DNA from: Chiloscyllium plagiosum
Lineage: Eukaryota
Reading direction: 5' to 3'
Assembly: GCF_004010195.1 (NCBI RefSeq)
Contig: NC_057719.1
Span: forward strand, 71,402,831-71,466,830
DNA length: 64,000 nucleotides
Shown: positions 63,761 through 64,000 of the stretch, one piece after another
How the letters are laid out: the number at the start of each line of letters is the position of its first letter
Position numbering within the stretch: position 1 is the stretch's first letter
Made by a program: the position numbers and the translations under genes
The notes under the pieces: model-generated
Database searches by the model: none
What the model saw: only the letters and a program-made list of their open reading frames with translations
Told to the model about the DNA's origin: nothing

Positions 63761-64000
63761 ACAGAGTTGTAAGTAACGTGGAGCATTTGCAATGTTCCCA
63801 AGTCTAAGCTGTATTACAGATGGAAGCTCTTACATGTTACAAAGCCAACAGTTTCTGAGTTTTATGATACCACTGCTAAAATACTAATTCTGTGAATTCC
63901 CTGTGAAACTTTGATTCTAAATTAACATGAAGATAAGCACCTCTGGAAAATTCATCAATATATTTGAAACTGAACCAGTTTAGACTGGTCAAGAGTGATG

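Overview
Eukaryotic (vertebrate) genomic DNA, most likely a shark or other cartilaginous fish, judged from the repeat complement (HE1/V-SINE-like SINEs, CR1, Deu- and LF-SINE-like elements). The only cellular gene is the 3' two-thirds of protein kinase D1 (prkd1) on the minus strand. I assembled 13 coding exons (59819 down to the stop at 11994, 1826 nt) that splice in frame and encode the end of C1b, the acidic linker, the PH domain, the kinase domain and the C-terminal -SERVSIL. One intron uses a GC donor. The introns and 3' flank are dense with nested transposable elements: CR1 (one near full length), an ORF1-less LINE with a tRNA/LF-SINE-like head, Rex1, a Vingi-like fragment, a decayed Gypsy, a solo LTR and a MITE. 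The most striking non-genic signal is two families of short fold-back insertions with long target-site duplications that carry minimal hammerhead-ribozyme cores. One of the two families is physically linked to Penelope GIY-YIG remnants in this window. Three local ~180-240 bp inverted duplications also occur. Exon coordinates were read base by base; repeat boundaries without a TSD are approximate, and family names come from recalled consensus features, not from a search.
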